A stretch of 64,000 bases of DNA from Acidimicrobiia bacterium. GTDB lineage: Bacteria > Actinomycetota > Acidimicrobiia > Spongiisociales > UBA11373. Position numbers and translations under genes: made by a program. Below the pieces are notes generated by a model that had not been told where the DNA came from, searched no databases, and saw nothing but the letters and a program-made list of their open reading frames with translations. Location of the stretch: the NCBI GenBank assembly GCA_040878325.1, contig JBBDMM010000010.1:1-64000 (forward strand), in the 5' to 3' direction. Every line of letters begins with the position of its first letter. Position 1 is the first letter of the stretch. Below are positions 28,796-37,606 of the stretch, one piece after another.

Positions 28796-30064
28796 GTGTC
28801 CTCGCTGCCCCGGCACCTCCTTCCCGACAACGCGTCCGTGGGCGACGACGGCAACCTGGTGATCGCCGGATGCGACACGCTTGCCCTCGCAGCCGAATTC
28901 GGCACCCCCCTCTTCGTCTACGACGAGCAGCACATCCGGGACCGCTGCCGCCAGGCGGTCGCCGCCTTCGGGGATCACGCGGTGTACGCCACCAAGGCGT
29001 TCCTCTGCCTGGCGATGGCCCGCCTTGCCCACGAGGCGGGAATGCGGCTCGACGTGGCCACCGCCGGGGAGATGTTCGTTGCCCTTGAGGCCGGGGTCCC
29101 GCCGGATCGCCTGGTGGTGCACGGCAACAACAAGTCGCCGTCCGAGTTGGAGACTGCCCTCGACCAGGGGGTGGGGCGCCTGGTGGTCGACGGGTTCGAC
29201 GAGCTCGACCGCATCGAGGCCCTGGTCGCCGGCGGGCGCGCTGCCCCCACGGTGTTCCTCCGGGTGGCGCCAGGGGTGGAGGCCCACACCCACGAGTACC
29301 TGGCCACCGGGCAGGACGATTCGAAGTTCGGGTTCACTCTGGCCAACGGCGACGCCGCCCGGGCGATCGAGCGGGTGCTGGCTTCGGACGCTTTCGACCT
29401 GCGCGGCATCCATTGCCACCTCGGTTCCCAGGTGTTTCGGGTGGAGTCGTACGCCGAAGGGCTGCGCACGGTCGCCGGCTTCGCCGCGGCATACGGGCTG
29501 CCCGACCTGGCCATCGGCGGCGGGCTTGGTGTGGCGTATGTCGAGGGTGAGACCGCCCCCACGATCCCCGAGTGGGCGGAGACCCTGCGGCATGCTGCCG
29601 GGGCGGTGGGCCTCGAGGCCACCCTGTGGGCCGAGCCGGGGCGGGCGATCGTCGCCTCGGCCGCGGTCACGCTGTACACGGTGGGCGGCATCAAGGAGAT
29701 CCCAGGGGTGCGCACCTATGTGGCGGTGGATGGGGGGATGAGCGACAACCCCCGCCCGGTGCTCTACGGCTCCGGGTACGAGACGTTCTTGCCCCGTGCG
29801 GTCGGGTCCGATCGCCCCCGGCTGATTCGCCTGGTGGGGAAGCACTGCGAGTCGGGCGACGTACTGGTGCGCGATGGCCGGGTGCCCGCCGACCTGGCGG
29901 TGGGCGACGTCATCGCCACCCCGGTCACCGGTGCCTACGGCCACTCGATGGGCTCCAACTACAACAAGATGCGCCGCCCCGCAGTCGTCTTCGCCCGCGA
30001 CGGCAACGCCCGCCTGGTGGTCCGCCGTGAATCCCTAGAGGATCTGATCACCAACGACGTGTGA
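28796..30064 (+). CDS. lysA: Diaminopimelate decarboxylase
   Basis: FGTPLFVYDE, YATKAF, HGNNKS, DSKFG, HLGSQ, GGGLG, EPGR, HCESGD, GAYG. Confidence 0.95.
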   Translation: MSSLPRHLLPDNASVGDDGNLVIAGCDTLALAAEFGTPLFVYDEQHIRDRCRQAVAAFGDHAVYATKAFLCLAMARLAHEAGMRLDVATAGEMFVALEAGVPPDRLVVHGNNKSPSELETALDQGVGRLVVDGFDELDRIEALVAGGRAAPTVFLRVAPGVEAHTHEYLATGQDDSKFGFTLANGDAARAIERVLASDAFDLRGIHCHLGSQVFRVESYAEGLRTVAGFAAAYGLPDLAIGGGLGVAYVEGETAPTIPEWAETLRHAAGAVGLEATLWAEPGRAIVASAAVTLYTVGGIKEIPGVRTYVAVDGGMSDNPRPVLYGSGYETFLPRAVGSDRPRLIRLVGKHCESGDVLVRDGRVPADLAVGDVIATPVTGAYGHSMGSNYNKMRRPAVVFARDGNARLVVRRESLEDLITNDV

Positions 30065-30145
30065 ACCCCCTATTGCGGATGTGCGAAATCTTGTCACCCG
30101 ATTTCCCGGGGCGCGTCACACGCCCGCGATACGGTGCACCCCACG

Positions 30146-30379
30146 ATGGCGAACACGCGCGAAGCCTTGGCCGACATCGTCGGGTTGACCGACGGTGAAC
30201 TGCGCGATTTCTCATCCACCATCGGAGACCTCGTCGCGGCGGAAGACTTTGGAGCCGCCCGGCGACTGATCTCCGATTGGGCGCTGACCATTCGGATCCG
30301 GAATCACCCCGACTACGCCGCGAACGCCAGCGCTTTCGCCGCCGCCATCGAGCAAGAGGACATTCCCGGAAGCCGGTAG
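30146..30379 (+). CDS. Small hypothetical protein
   Basis: Natural-looking helical 77-aa ORF with a promoter-like motif upstream. Confidence 0.55.
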   Translation: MANTREALADIVGLTDGELRDFSSTIGDLVAAEDFGAARRLISDWALTIRIRNHPDYAANASAFAAAIEQEDIPGSR

Positions 30380-30418
30380 CCAAAAGCCGGTAGCCGGTAG
30401 CCGGTAGCCGGTAGCCGG
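30372..30418. repeat. Heptamer array (GCCGGTA)n
   Basis: About 6-7 units overlapping the stop codon. Confidence 0.8.
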
Positions 30419-30493
30419 AACGCCATCTCTTCCGCCTCAATTGGATCCGGCTTTCGGCCGATGAGTCGTGGTCGCCCCAGGTAGGACCATCCC

Positions 30494-31618
30494 GTGCTCG
30501 TACATACCCTCAGTTACTCGGCGGCCGATGGGTGGAGCGCCCCGTTCCCCACGGTCGACCCGGCGCGCACCCTGATCTTCTGCTTTGGGGCCTCCGAATA
30601 CCTCGCCGACTGTGATCCGATCGTCGAACTGGCCAGCCTCGGCGGGTTCCTCATTGGTTGCTCCACCGCCGGCGAGATCCACGGACCTGAGGTCGCCGAC
30701 GGCACCCTGGCGGTGGCCATCGCCGAGTTCGAACACACCCGGCTGCGCGTCACCGCGGAGCAGATCTCCAGCGGCACCTCGTATCTGGCGGGTGGGCTGA
30801 TCGGTGAGGGCCTGCGAGGCGACGGCCTGCGAGCGGTGTTTGTGCTGAGCGACGGCCTCGACGTCAACGGCAGCGACCTGGTCGCCGGCCTCACTGCTTC
30901 CCTACCGGAGGGGGTGGTGGTAACCGGTGGCCTGGCGGGCGATGGTTCCCGATTCGAGCGGACCTGGGTGATCGTCGACGGCAAGCCGGCGTCAGGCTTC
31001 GTCACCGCGGTGGGCCTGTACGGCGACAGGATCGAAGTGGGTCATGGCTCGAAGGGTGGCTGGGACATCTTCGGCCCCGAGCGAACCGTCACCCGGTCGA
31101 CCGGGAACGTGGTGTACGAGCTCGATGGGCGTCCGGTGCTCGCCCTCTACAAGGAGTATCTAGGCGACCTGGCCGCCGAGTTGCCGGCCTCGGGTCTGCT
31201 GTTCCCGCTGGCGGTGCGGGCCCCCGGCGACGACAAGCAGCTAGTGCGGACCATCCTCGGCATCGACGAGGAGGCGCAGAGCCTGATCTTCGCCGGCGAT
31301 GTCCCCCAGGGGCATCGGGTGCAGTTGATGCAGGCGCAGTTCGATCGGCTGATCGGCGGAGCCGAGGCCGCCGCTGCTGTCGCCGTCGGGCGCATCCCGG
31401 GCGAGCCGTCGCTGAGCGTCGCCATCTCCTGTGTCGGCCGGCGCCTGGTGCTGGGCGAGCGCACTGAAGACGAGCTGGAGGCGACACTCCATGCGCTCCC
31501 CGATGGGATCGCCCAGGTGGGCTTCTACTCGTACGGCGAGATCTCCCCCTACGGAGAGGGGACCTGCGATCTCCACAACCAGACGATGACCCTGACGACT
31601 CTCGGCGAGGTGGCATGA
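30494..31618 (+). CDS. FIST N/C domain protein (NosP-like sensor)
   Basis: GCSTAGEI, SDGLDVNG, GGLAGDG, ISCVGRR, GFYSYGEI, HNQT. Confidence 0.92.
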   Translation: MLVHTLSYSAADGWSAPFPTVDPARTLIFCFGASEYLADCDPIVELASLGGFLIGCSTAGEIHGPEVADGTLAVAIAEFEHTRLRVTAEQISSGTSYLAGGLIGEGLRGDGLRAVFVLSDGLDVNGSDLVAGLTASLPEGVVVTGGLAGDGSRFERTWVIVDGKPASGFVTAVGLYGDRIEVGHGSKGGWDIFGPERTVTRSTGNVVYELDGRPVLALYKEYLGDLAAELPASGLLFPLAVRAPGDDKQLVRTILGIDEEAQSLIFAGDVPQGHRVQLMQAQFDRLIGGAEAAAAVAVGRIPGEPSLSVAISCVGRRLVLGERTEDELEATLHALPDGIAQVGFYSYGEISPYGEGTCDLHNQTMTLTTLGEVA

Positions 31619-33138
31619 ACCCGGTGTTTGCCCGCCAGTTGCGGCGGCTCGGCCTCGATGCCGACACTCTTCCCGATGAACTGACCGCCTGGCGGGCGCT
31701 GCTCGCCCGCGTCAACGCCTTCTATCACGACGCCGACAAGGGCCGCTACCTGCTGGAGCGGGCGATGGACATCTCGTCGCGCGAGATGCAGAACCTGAAC
31801 CAGGAGATCGAGGCGCTGTCGGCGGAACGGGTGGAGCGCACCGAGCAGCACTATCACTTGCTGTTCGACCAGACCCCGGTGGCGACCCTCGAGGTGGACT
31901 TCTGTGCGGTGGTCGATTGGATCGATCAGCTGCAGGCGCTCGGGGTCGAGGACATGGGGTTTCACCTCGCCGCCGACCGGGGCGCCCTCGACCACATGAT
32001 CTCGCTGGTGCGGGTGGTCGACTGCAACCAGGCGGCCGCCGAGCTGTGGCGGGTACCTGAACGCGAACGCCTGCTCGGTGCGGTCAATCCTCACTCGCCG
32101 ATCAACGCCAGCGCTGCCCTCGCCTGGCGACGGCAGTTCGAGGCGATCTGGGCGGGGGAGACCGCCATCCGTTTCGAGTTCGAGGCCGTCCGCGCCGACG
32201 GAGCCACCTACGCCGGGCTGTGCCAATGGACCGCCCCGGTGATCGGGGGCAAGGTCGACCACTCGGGAGTGCTGGTGGTGATCATCGACATCACCGAACG
32301 GTTCGCCGCCGAGGACCGCATGCGCCAATTGGTGGTGTCGAAGGATGAGTTCCTCGCCTCGGTGAGCCATGAACTGCGCACCCCACTCACCTCGGTGCTC
32401 GGCTACGCCGACCTGCTGCGCCGCGAGGAGACCGATCCTGAGGAGCAGCGCGCGATCCTGGGCACGATCGCCGACCAGGCGACCGACCTCGCCAACATCG
32501 TCGAGGACCTGCTGGTGGGTGCCCGAGCCGAGTTGGGTCAGCTCGTGGTGAACCGGATGGAGATCGACCTCGTCGACGAAGTGGGCCGGCTGCTCACCGG
32601 AATGCCCTTGGCCGCCGGGGTCGCCTTCGAGGTGGTCGGGAACAAGCCGATCGCACTGGGTGACGGCGTACGGGTGCGCCAGATCATGCGGAACCTTCTC
32701 TCCAACGCCGAGCGGTACGGCGGTGCGACGGTGGCGGTCCGGGTGGAGTCCGACGGCGACCGGGCCTGCATCGCGGTGCGCGACGACGGCCCGCCCCTCA
32801 ACGACGCGACCGCCGCCCAGGTGTTCGACCGGTATTACCGGCATCGCGGCGAGGTGGGCCAGCCCGGCTCGGTGGGCATCGGCCTCACCATCTCCCGCGA
32901 CCTCGCCCGCCTGATGGGCGGCGACCTCACCTACCGCCACGAAGACGGCTGGACCGTCTTCGAACTGTCACTCCCCGTCGTCCTCCCCCGGTATTCCGGG
33001 GGAGGTGCCGAGCGGAGCGAGGCGGAGGGGCAGCTGACCCAGAGCGTCCTCCCCCGGTATTCCGGGGGAGGTGCCGAGCGGAGCGAGGCGGAGGGGGCAG
33101 CTGACCCTGCGAGCATTCCGGCGACGGTGCCCTCCTAG
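31615..33138 (+). CDS. PAS-containing sensor histidine kinase with REP-derived C-terminal tail
   Basis: SHELRTPLT, NLLSNAERYG, GIGLTISR; ATGA-coupled to the FIST gene. Confidence 0.88.
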   Translation: MNPVFARQLRRLGLDADTLPDELTAWRALLARVNAFYHDADKGRYLLERAMDISSREMQNLNQEIEALSAERVERTEQHYHLLFDQTPVATLEVDFCAVVDWIDQLQALGVEDMGFHLAADRGALDHMISLVRVVDCNQAAAELWRVPERERLLGAVNPHSPINASAALAWRRQFEAIWAGETAIRFEFEAVRADGATYAGLCQWTAPVIGGKVDHSGVLVVIIDITERFAAEDRMRQLVVSKDEFLASVSHELRTPLTSVLGYADLLRREETDPEEQRAILGTIADQATDLANIVEDLLVGARAELGQLVVNRMEIDLVDEVGRLLTGMPLAAGVAFEVVGNKPIALGDGVRVRQIMRNLLSNAERYGGATVAVRVESDGDRACIAVRDDGPPLNDATAAQVFDRYYRHRGEVGQPGSVGIGLTISRDLARLMGGDLTYRHEDGWTVFELSLPVVLPRYSGGGAERSEAEGQLTQSVLPRYSGGGAERSEAEGAADPASIPATVPS

Positions 33139-33225
33139 TTTGCGGGCGGTAAGCCAGGCAGCCGGAGGGGGCGGCCAAGCGAACGAAGTGAGCGACCCTG
33201 CGGGCATTCCGGCGACGGTGCCCGG
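32979..33225 (+). repeat. Tandem REP-like elements (66-bp period), partly translated
   Basis: Two CGTCCTCCCCCGGTATTCCGGGGGAGGTGCCGAGCGGAGCGAGGCGGAGGGG units at 32979 and 33045 plus a half element. Confidence 0.85.
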
Positions 33226-33306
33226 GAAGTGACTACTCAAGAAATCACCCCCCATAGCGGTCTTCGATGGCCTACGCTTGCGGCACTCACCAAGGAGGAG
33301 GGCACT

Positions 33307-34341
33307 GTGTCACGCGTAAGGCGCGTTCTCGTCGCATTCGCCATGATCATCGTCGCGCTCCCGGTGCTCACCGGCGCCGGAGGCCAGGGCGATGCCGCCC
33401 GATCCGAGCACCAGCGCATCATCGACTTCTGGACGCCCGAGCGGGTGGCGCAGGCGGTGCCGCGCGACTTCTACTTCGAACCCGCCAGCGGCCGCTACAA
33501 GCTGGCCAAGCCCCCGGGCACACCGGGAGGCGGACCTGGCGGTGGCGGCGGCGACGGCACCACGGTGACGGGCGCCTCGTGGAACGGCGGCGGCACCGTC
33601 GCCGATACCACCGGCAAGGTGCTCTTCGCTTTGGGCACCAGCTACTACGTGTGCTCGGCGAGCCTCGTGGTTGACGGGAGGTCGGGCGAGTCACTGGTGC
33701 TCACCGCGGGCCACTGCGTCTACGACAACGCGACCGGCGGCGTTGGGTTCGCCACCAACTGGATGTTCATCCCCAACTACGATGCCTCGCCGGCGGCGTT
33801 GACCACCGACGGTTCGTTCTGCAGCGGCACGCTTTATGGGTGCTGGACGGCGGAGGCGCTGGTAGTGCACTCCGGTTTCGCCACTGCGGGCGGCTTCAAC
33901 GAGCAGGCGATCGTTCACGACTTCGCCTTCGCGGTGCTGGGTGATGGCGGCCACAACGGGAGCACGCTGGCCGAGAGCCTGGGGACCCAGGACATAGTGT
34001 TCACCGACGTGGCGAGCGGCACGAAGGTCTACGCCTTCGGATACCCGCACGCCAGTCCGTATGACGGCACCGATCTGGTCTATTGCGCCGGGGGCGTCGG
34101 CTTCGACACCCAACTCAGCAACCAGACCTACAAGCTCGGCTGCGACATGACGGGCGGCGCCTCGGGCGGACCCTGGTTCAAGGACTTCGTCGAGAGTGAT
34201 GGTGAGGGGATCCTGATCTCGGTGAACTCGTACAAGTACCGGAACGACAAGAAGTCGATGTACGGGCCGAAGTTCAACTCGGATACTCAGGACGTCTATA
34301 GCGCAGCCGGTACGGCGACCGGCAACACCGTCGTTCCGTAA
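33307..34341 (+). CDS. Secreted trypsin-like (V8/glutamyl endopeptidase-like) serine protease
   Basis: AGGAGG RBS, signal peptide, TAGHC, HDFAF, GGASGGPW. Confidence 0.88.
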   Translation: MSRVRRVLVAFAMIIVALPVLTGAGGQGDAARSEHQRIIDFWTPERVAQAVPRDFYFEPASGRYKLAKPPGTPGGGPGGGGGDGTTVTGASWNGGGTVADTTGKVLFALGTSYYVCSASLVVDGRSGESLVLTAGHCVYDNATGGVGFATNWMFIPNYDASPAALTTDGSFCSGTLYGCWTAEALVVHSGFATAGGFNEQAIVHDFAFAVLGDGGHNGSTLAESLGTQDIVFTDVASGTKVYAFGYPHASPYDGTDLVYCAGGVGFDTQLSNQTYKLGCDMTGGASGGPWFKDFVESDGEGILISVNSYKYRNDKKSMYGPKFNSDTQDVYSAAGTATGNTVVP

Positions 34342-34361
34342 CCCGATCAGATACTGGTTGG

Positions 34362-34393
34362 AAGGTCGGCTCCCCGTCGGGGGAGCCGACCTT
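34362..34393. terminator. Intrinsic terminator hairpin between convergent genes
   Basis: AAGGTCGGCTCCCC-gtcg-GGGGAGCCGACCTT perfect 14-bp stem. Confidence 0.85.
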
Positions 34394-34443
34394 GTTGGTG
34401 GGATGCGTCGAAGGGCGGCCCCGCGGGAGACGCCATCTGGCTT

Positions 34444-34719
34444 CTACCTGGGCCGGTAGATGTCGACCCGATGGTCGATCAACACCACCAGCACCCTGCC
34501 GGCGGCCCGGTCGATCTCGTATACGACGCGATACGCCCCCACCCGTGCACTGAACAGGCCGGCGAGGTCGCCGCGCAGCGGCTTGCCGACCCGCTCCGGG
34601 TTCTCGGTCAGGGGCCCGAGCATGAAGTCCAGCACCGCGACCGCCACCTTGGCGGGGATGCGATCGAGGGCGCGCCGCGCCGGGGCGGCGACAAACAGTT
34701 CCAGGTCAGGCGGAGTCAC
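34444..34719 (-). CDS. RelE/ParE family toxin
   Basis: GKPLRGDLAGLFSARVGAYRVVYEID..HRVDIYR. Confidence 0.9.
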   Translation of the reverse strand: MTPPDLELFVAAPARRALDRIPAKVAVAVLDFMLGPLTENPERVGKPLRGDLAGLFSARVGAYRVVYEIDRAAGRVLVVLIDHRVDIYRPR

Positions 34720-35005
34720 TGGTGGCGGATCGGAGTTGCTCTCGCAGCGCCTCCATTTCGGTTCGGCCGACGACTTCTCCGCGGGCGAGGGCCGCCCGGC
34801 CGGCCTCGAGTTCCGCGACGAGGCTGGGGTCGGAGAGGATCTCAAGGGTCTCTTCGATCGCTTCGAGGTCGTCGCAACCGACCAGTACGGCCACCGGGCG
34901 CCCGTTGCGGGTGATGGTGACCCGTTCCTGGGTCTCGGTGAGCTCGTCGACGACCTCGGAGAGCTTGGCCTTGACCTCGGTGAGCGGGAGGACTTTCATG
35001 ACCAT
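34706..35005 (-). CDS. Phd/YefM family antitoxin
   Basis: LTEVKAKLSEVVD, TITRNGRPVAVLV, ETLEILSDP; overlaps the toxin start. Confidence 0.92.
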   Translation of the reverse strand: MVMKVLPLTEVKAKLSEVVDELTETQERVTITRNGRPVAVLVGCDDLEAIEETLEILSDPSLVAELEAGRAALARGEVVGRTEMEALREQLRSATSDSA

Positions 35006-35162
35006 GATTCTAGTCAGAATCCCCTTCTTCCGGGAGAGGGTGGAAACCATTACAAACAGTGGCACCCGAGGGAAGGGTGTCGATCCCGTGCCGCTAGTGC
35101 CCTGACACCGGCCCAACGCGTCGCGCATCGCGAATTGCCGGCCGAGCGCCAGCGAGGCCCGC

Positions 35163-35561
35163 TTACGCCACGAAGGCGACCAGCATTCCCCCGTAGATGG
35201 CGGTGAGGGCCGTCATGGCGGTCACCATCACGGTGGTGTTGGTCTTCAGGTGCTTCTGCATCATTTCGAACATGTGGTGCATGTTCTCGTCCATGCGATC
35301 GAGCCGATCCTCGATCCGCTCGAAGCGGCGCTCGAACCGCTGCTCCATCCCGTTGAACCGCTTCTCGAGCCCGTCAAACCGCTGCTGGAGGTTGTCGAAG
35401 CGGACCCCGACCGCCTCGAACTGGCGGTCGACGTCGGCCTTCTTGGCCAGCTCGTCGGGCGGGGAGGGGAGACGGGTCATCAGGGTCTGGGCGTGGTCGG
35501 CACCAAGGACCTCCTCGAGGCGAGCATACAGGGCCCGCAGTGACGGGTCGGGCAAGGACAT
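35163..35561 (-). CDS. Coiled-coil protein with C-terminal TM helix (DUF1640/CCDC90-like architecture)
   Basis: LYARLEEVLG..ELAKKAD head, RFD/RFE heptads, hydrophobic C-terminus; paralog at 63778. Confidence 0.75.
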   Translation of the reverse strand: MSLPDPSLRALYARLEEVLGADHAQTLMTRLPSPPDELAKKADVDRQFEAVGVRFDNLQQRFDGLEKRFNGMEQRFERRFERIEDRLDRMDENMHHMFEMMQKHLKTNTTVMVTAMTALTAIYGGMLVAFVA

Positions 35562-35711
35562 ATTCGGCTCCTGATCGAATGGAGGGGCATCGTCTCTCCA
35601 GGGTGTGACACGTTGCTGCCCGCCGAAATTCGACGCGCACAAGGCCCAATGCCCCTAGGCCGCCGACCCCCGATCCCGTACAACCAGGGAGAGAAACACC
35701 AGAGGGGGCCA

Positions 35712-37487
35712 ATGGACCGCACGTTCCTGATCCTCGGCGGCGGCGGCATGGTGGGCACCGAAGTAGCTCGCCAGATTCTGCGTCTCCCCCCGTCGCAGAC
35801 GGGGGGAGTACCCGCCGAAGGCGGGGGAGGGGGGCAGCGGAGACAGCGTGCGCGTGGACACGACTCTTCTCTTGCGGAAGGCTGGAGACTGGAGACTGGC
35901 GACTGGAGACTCATCCTCGCCACCCTCACCGAACCCGAGGCCCAAGAAGCCGTCGATGCCCTGCAACAGGTCGCCCCGAACGGCGTCGACATCGTTGGCG
36001 AGTGCGGCGACATCTTCCTCGCCGAAGGCCTCTGCCACATGCCACGGAGGCAACTTCTCGATGACCCGGACGCCCGCCGCCAGGTGTTCGACGACATGCT
36101 GGGCCCGATCGACGCCGCCTACGAGCGTTCCCATCTCGCCGCCCTCATCCGCAAGTACCGCCCCGATGTGATCGTCGATGCGGTGAACACCGCCACCGCC
36201 ATCTCGTATCAGGACGTGTCGACCGCGGCGGTGATCGCCGAACGCGACGCCGAATCCCTCCTCGCAGGCCAGAACCCAGATGATCTCCCCGACCACATCC
36301 AGTCGCTGATCCTGTCGATCGCGGTGCCCCAACTGGTGCGCCATGTGATGATCCTCGAGCGGGCGATGCGCGACGCCGGCACCCGCCTGTACCTGAAGGT
36401 GGGCACCACCGGCACCGGGGGGATGGGCCTCAACGTGCCCTACACCCACAGCGAGGACCGCCCTTCGGCCAAGCTGCTGGGCAAGACTGCGGTGGGTTTC
36501 GCCCACACCGGGCTGCTGTTCCTGATGGCCCGCACCCCGGGCGGCCCGAACGTCAAGGAAGTGAAGCCGGGCGCCCTGATCGGCTACCGCAATGTGGAGC
36601 ACCGGACGATCCGGGAGCGGGGCGAGACCGTGTGGTGCTACCAGGGGGTGCGGGAGCCGCTGGGGGAGCGCCTCGACCTGCATCGGGATTCGAAAGACTT
36701 CACCCCGCTGTTCGACCTGCAGTTGCCGGTGGTGGACACCGGGGAGAACGGGGTGTTCACCAAGGGCGAGTTCGAGGCGATCACCGAGTTGGGCCAGATG
36801 GAGCTGGTCACCCCCGAGGAGGTGGCGGCGGTGTGCCTGCGGGAGATCACCGGCGCCAGCACCGGCCACGACCTGATCGCCGCCATCGACGGAGCGGTGA
36901 TGGACCCCTCGTACCGGGGCGGGGTGCTGCGGTCCCGGGTGTTGACCCGCCTGGAGTGGCTGGAACGCGAGACCAAGACCCACAGCGTGGCGCTGGGCCA
37001 ACTGGGCCCGCCCGAGTTGTCCAAACTGTTGTGGGAGGCGGAGTTGATCGGGATGTGCCAGGGGACCATCCCCGGTGCGCTCCAGGCGACCCCGGCCGAG
37101 TTGAGCCGGGAGGTGACCCAGTTGCTGGACCGCCGGGCGGGGCTTAGCGACACGATCGTGTCCCTGGGCATCCCCATCCTCGAGTCCGACGGCGACACCC
37201 TCCGCCGGGGCCCCCGGTTGCGGATCCCCGAAATGCCCGGGGAGGACACCGTGGCGGTGACCGCCGCCGACCGGGACCGTTGGGCGGCCAAGGGCTGGGT
37301 CGACCTGCGGGAGGCCAACTTCGAACGCTGGCAGAAGCGGCTGCGGGCGATCATCGAAGCCCGCCCCGAAAAGGGCGAAACCGGCTCCTCATCGGTAGCC
37401 GCCGGCACCTCGGAGACCGAAGAGATCCGCGCCGGCGCAGTGGTGGCCTGGGTGCTGGCCAACGAGATGGGCGGACATCGGGGCTGA
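35712..37487 (+). CDS. Uncharacterised Rossmann-fold (short-chain dehydrogenase-like) protein with in-frame repeat insertion
   Basis: ILGGGGMVG glycine-rich motif; blocks DAVNTAT, GTTGTGGMGLNVPYTHSE, DTGENG; codon usage typical of the host. Confidence 0.75.
   Translation: MDRTFLILGGGGMVGTEVARQILRLPPSQTGGVPAEGGGGGQRRQRARGHDSSLAEGWRLETGDWRLILATLTEPEAQEAVDALQQVAPNGVDIVGECGDIFLAEGLCHMPRRQLLDDPDARRQVFDDMLGPIDAAYERSHLAALIRKYRPDVIVDAVNTATAISYQDVSTAAVIAERDAESLLAGQNPDDLPDHIQSLILSIAVPQLVRHVMILERAMRDAGTRLYLKVGTTGTGGMGLNVPYTHSEDRPSAKLLGKTAVGFAHTGLLFLMARTPGGPNVKEVKPGALIGYRNVEHRTIRERGETVWCYQGVREPLGERLDLHRDSKDFTPLFDLQLPVVDTGENGVFTKGEFEAITELGQMELVTPEEVAAVCLREITGASTGHDLIAAIDGAVMDPSYRGGVLRSRVLTRLEWLERETKTHSVALGQLGPPELSKLLWEAELIGMCQGTIPGALQATPAELSREVTQLLDRRAGLSDTIVSLGIPILESDGDTLRRGPRLRIPEMPGEDTVAVTAADRDRWAAKGWVDLREANFERWQKRLRAIIEARPEKGETGSSSVAAGTSETEEIRAGAVVAWVLANEMGGHRG
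37429..37487 (+). repeat. 59-bp direct repeat, copy 1 (3' end of the Rossmann-fold gene)
   Basis: Matches 39541-39599 with 2 mismatches. Confidence 0.9.
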
Positions 37488-37606
37488 GGCCTGATCCTCA
37501 GGCGACGACGCGAACCTGAGCGTTGCGGGCGAGCCCCAACGAGGCCCTTTCACGCCACGGAGGCGATCGGAGCGCGCGCCCGGTTCGGCGCGTACCATCT
37601 CGCGCC

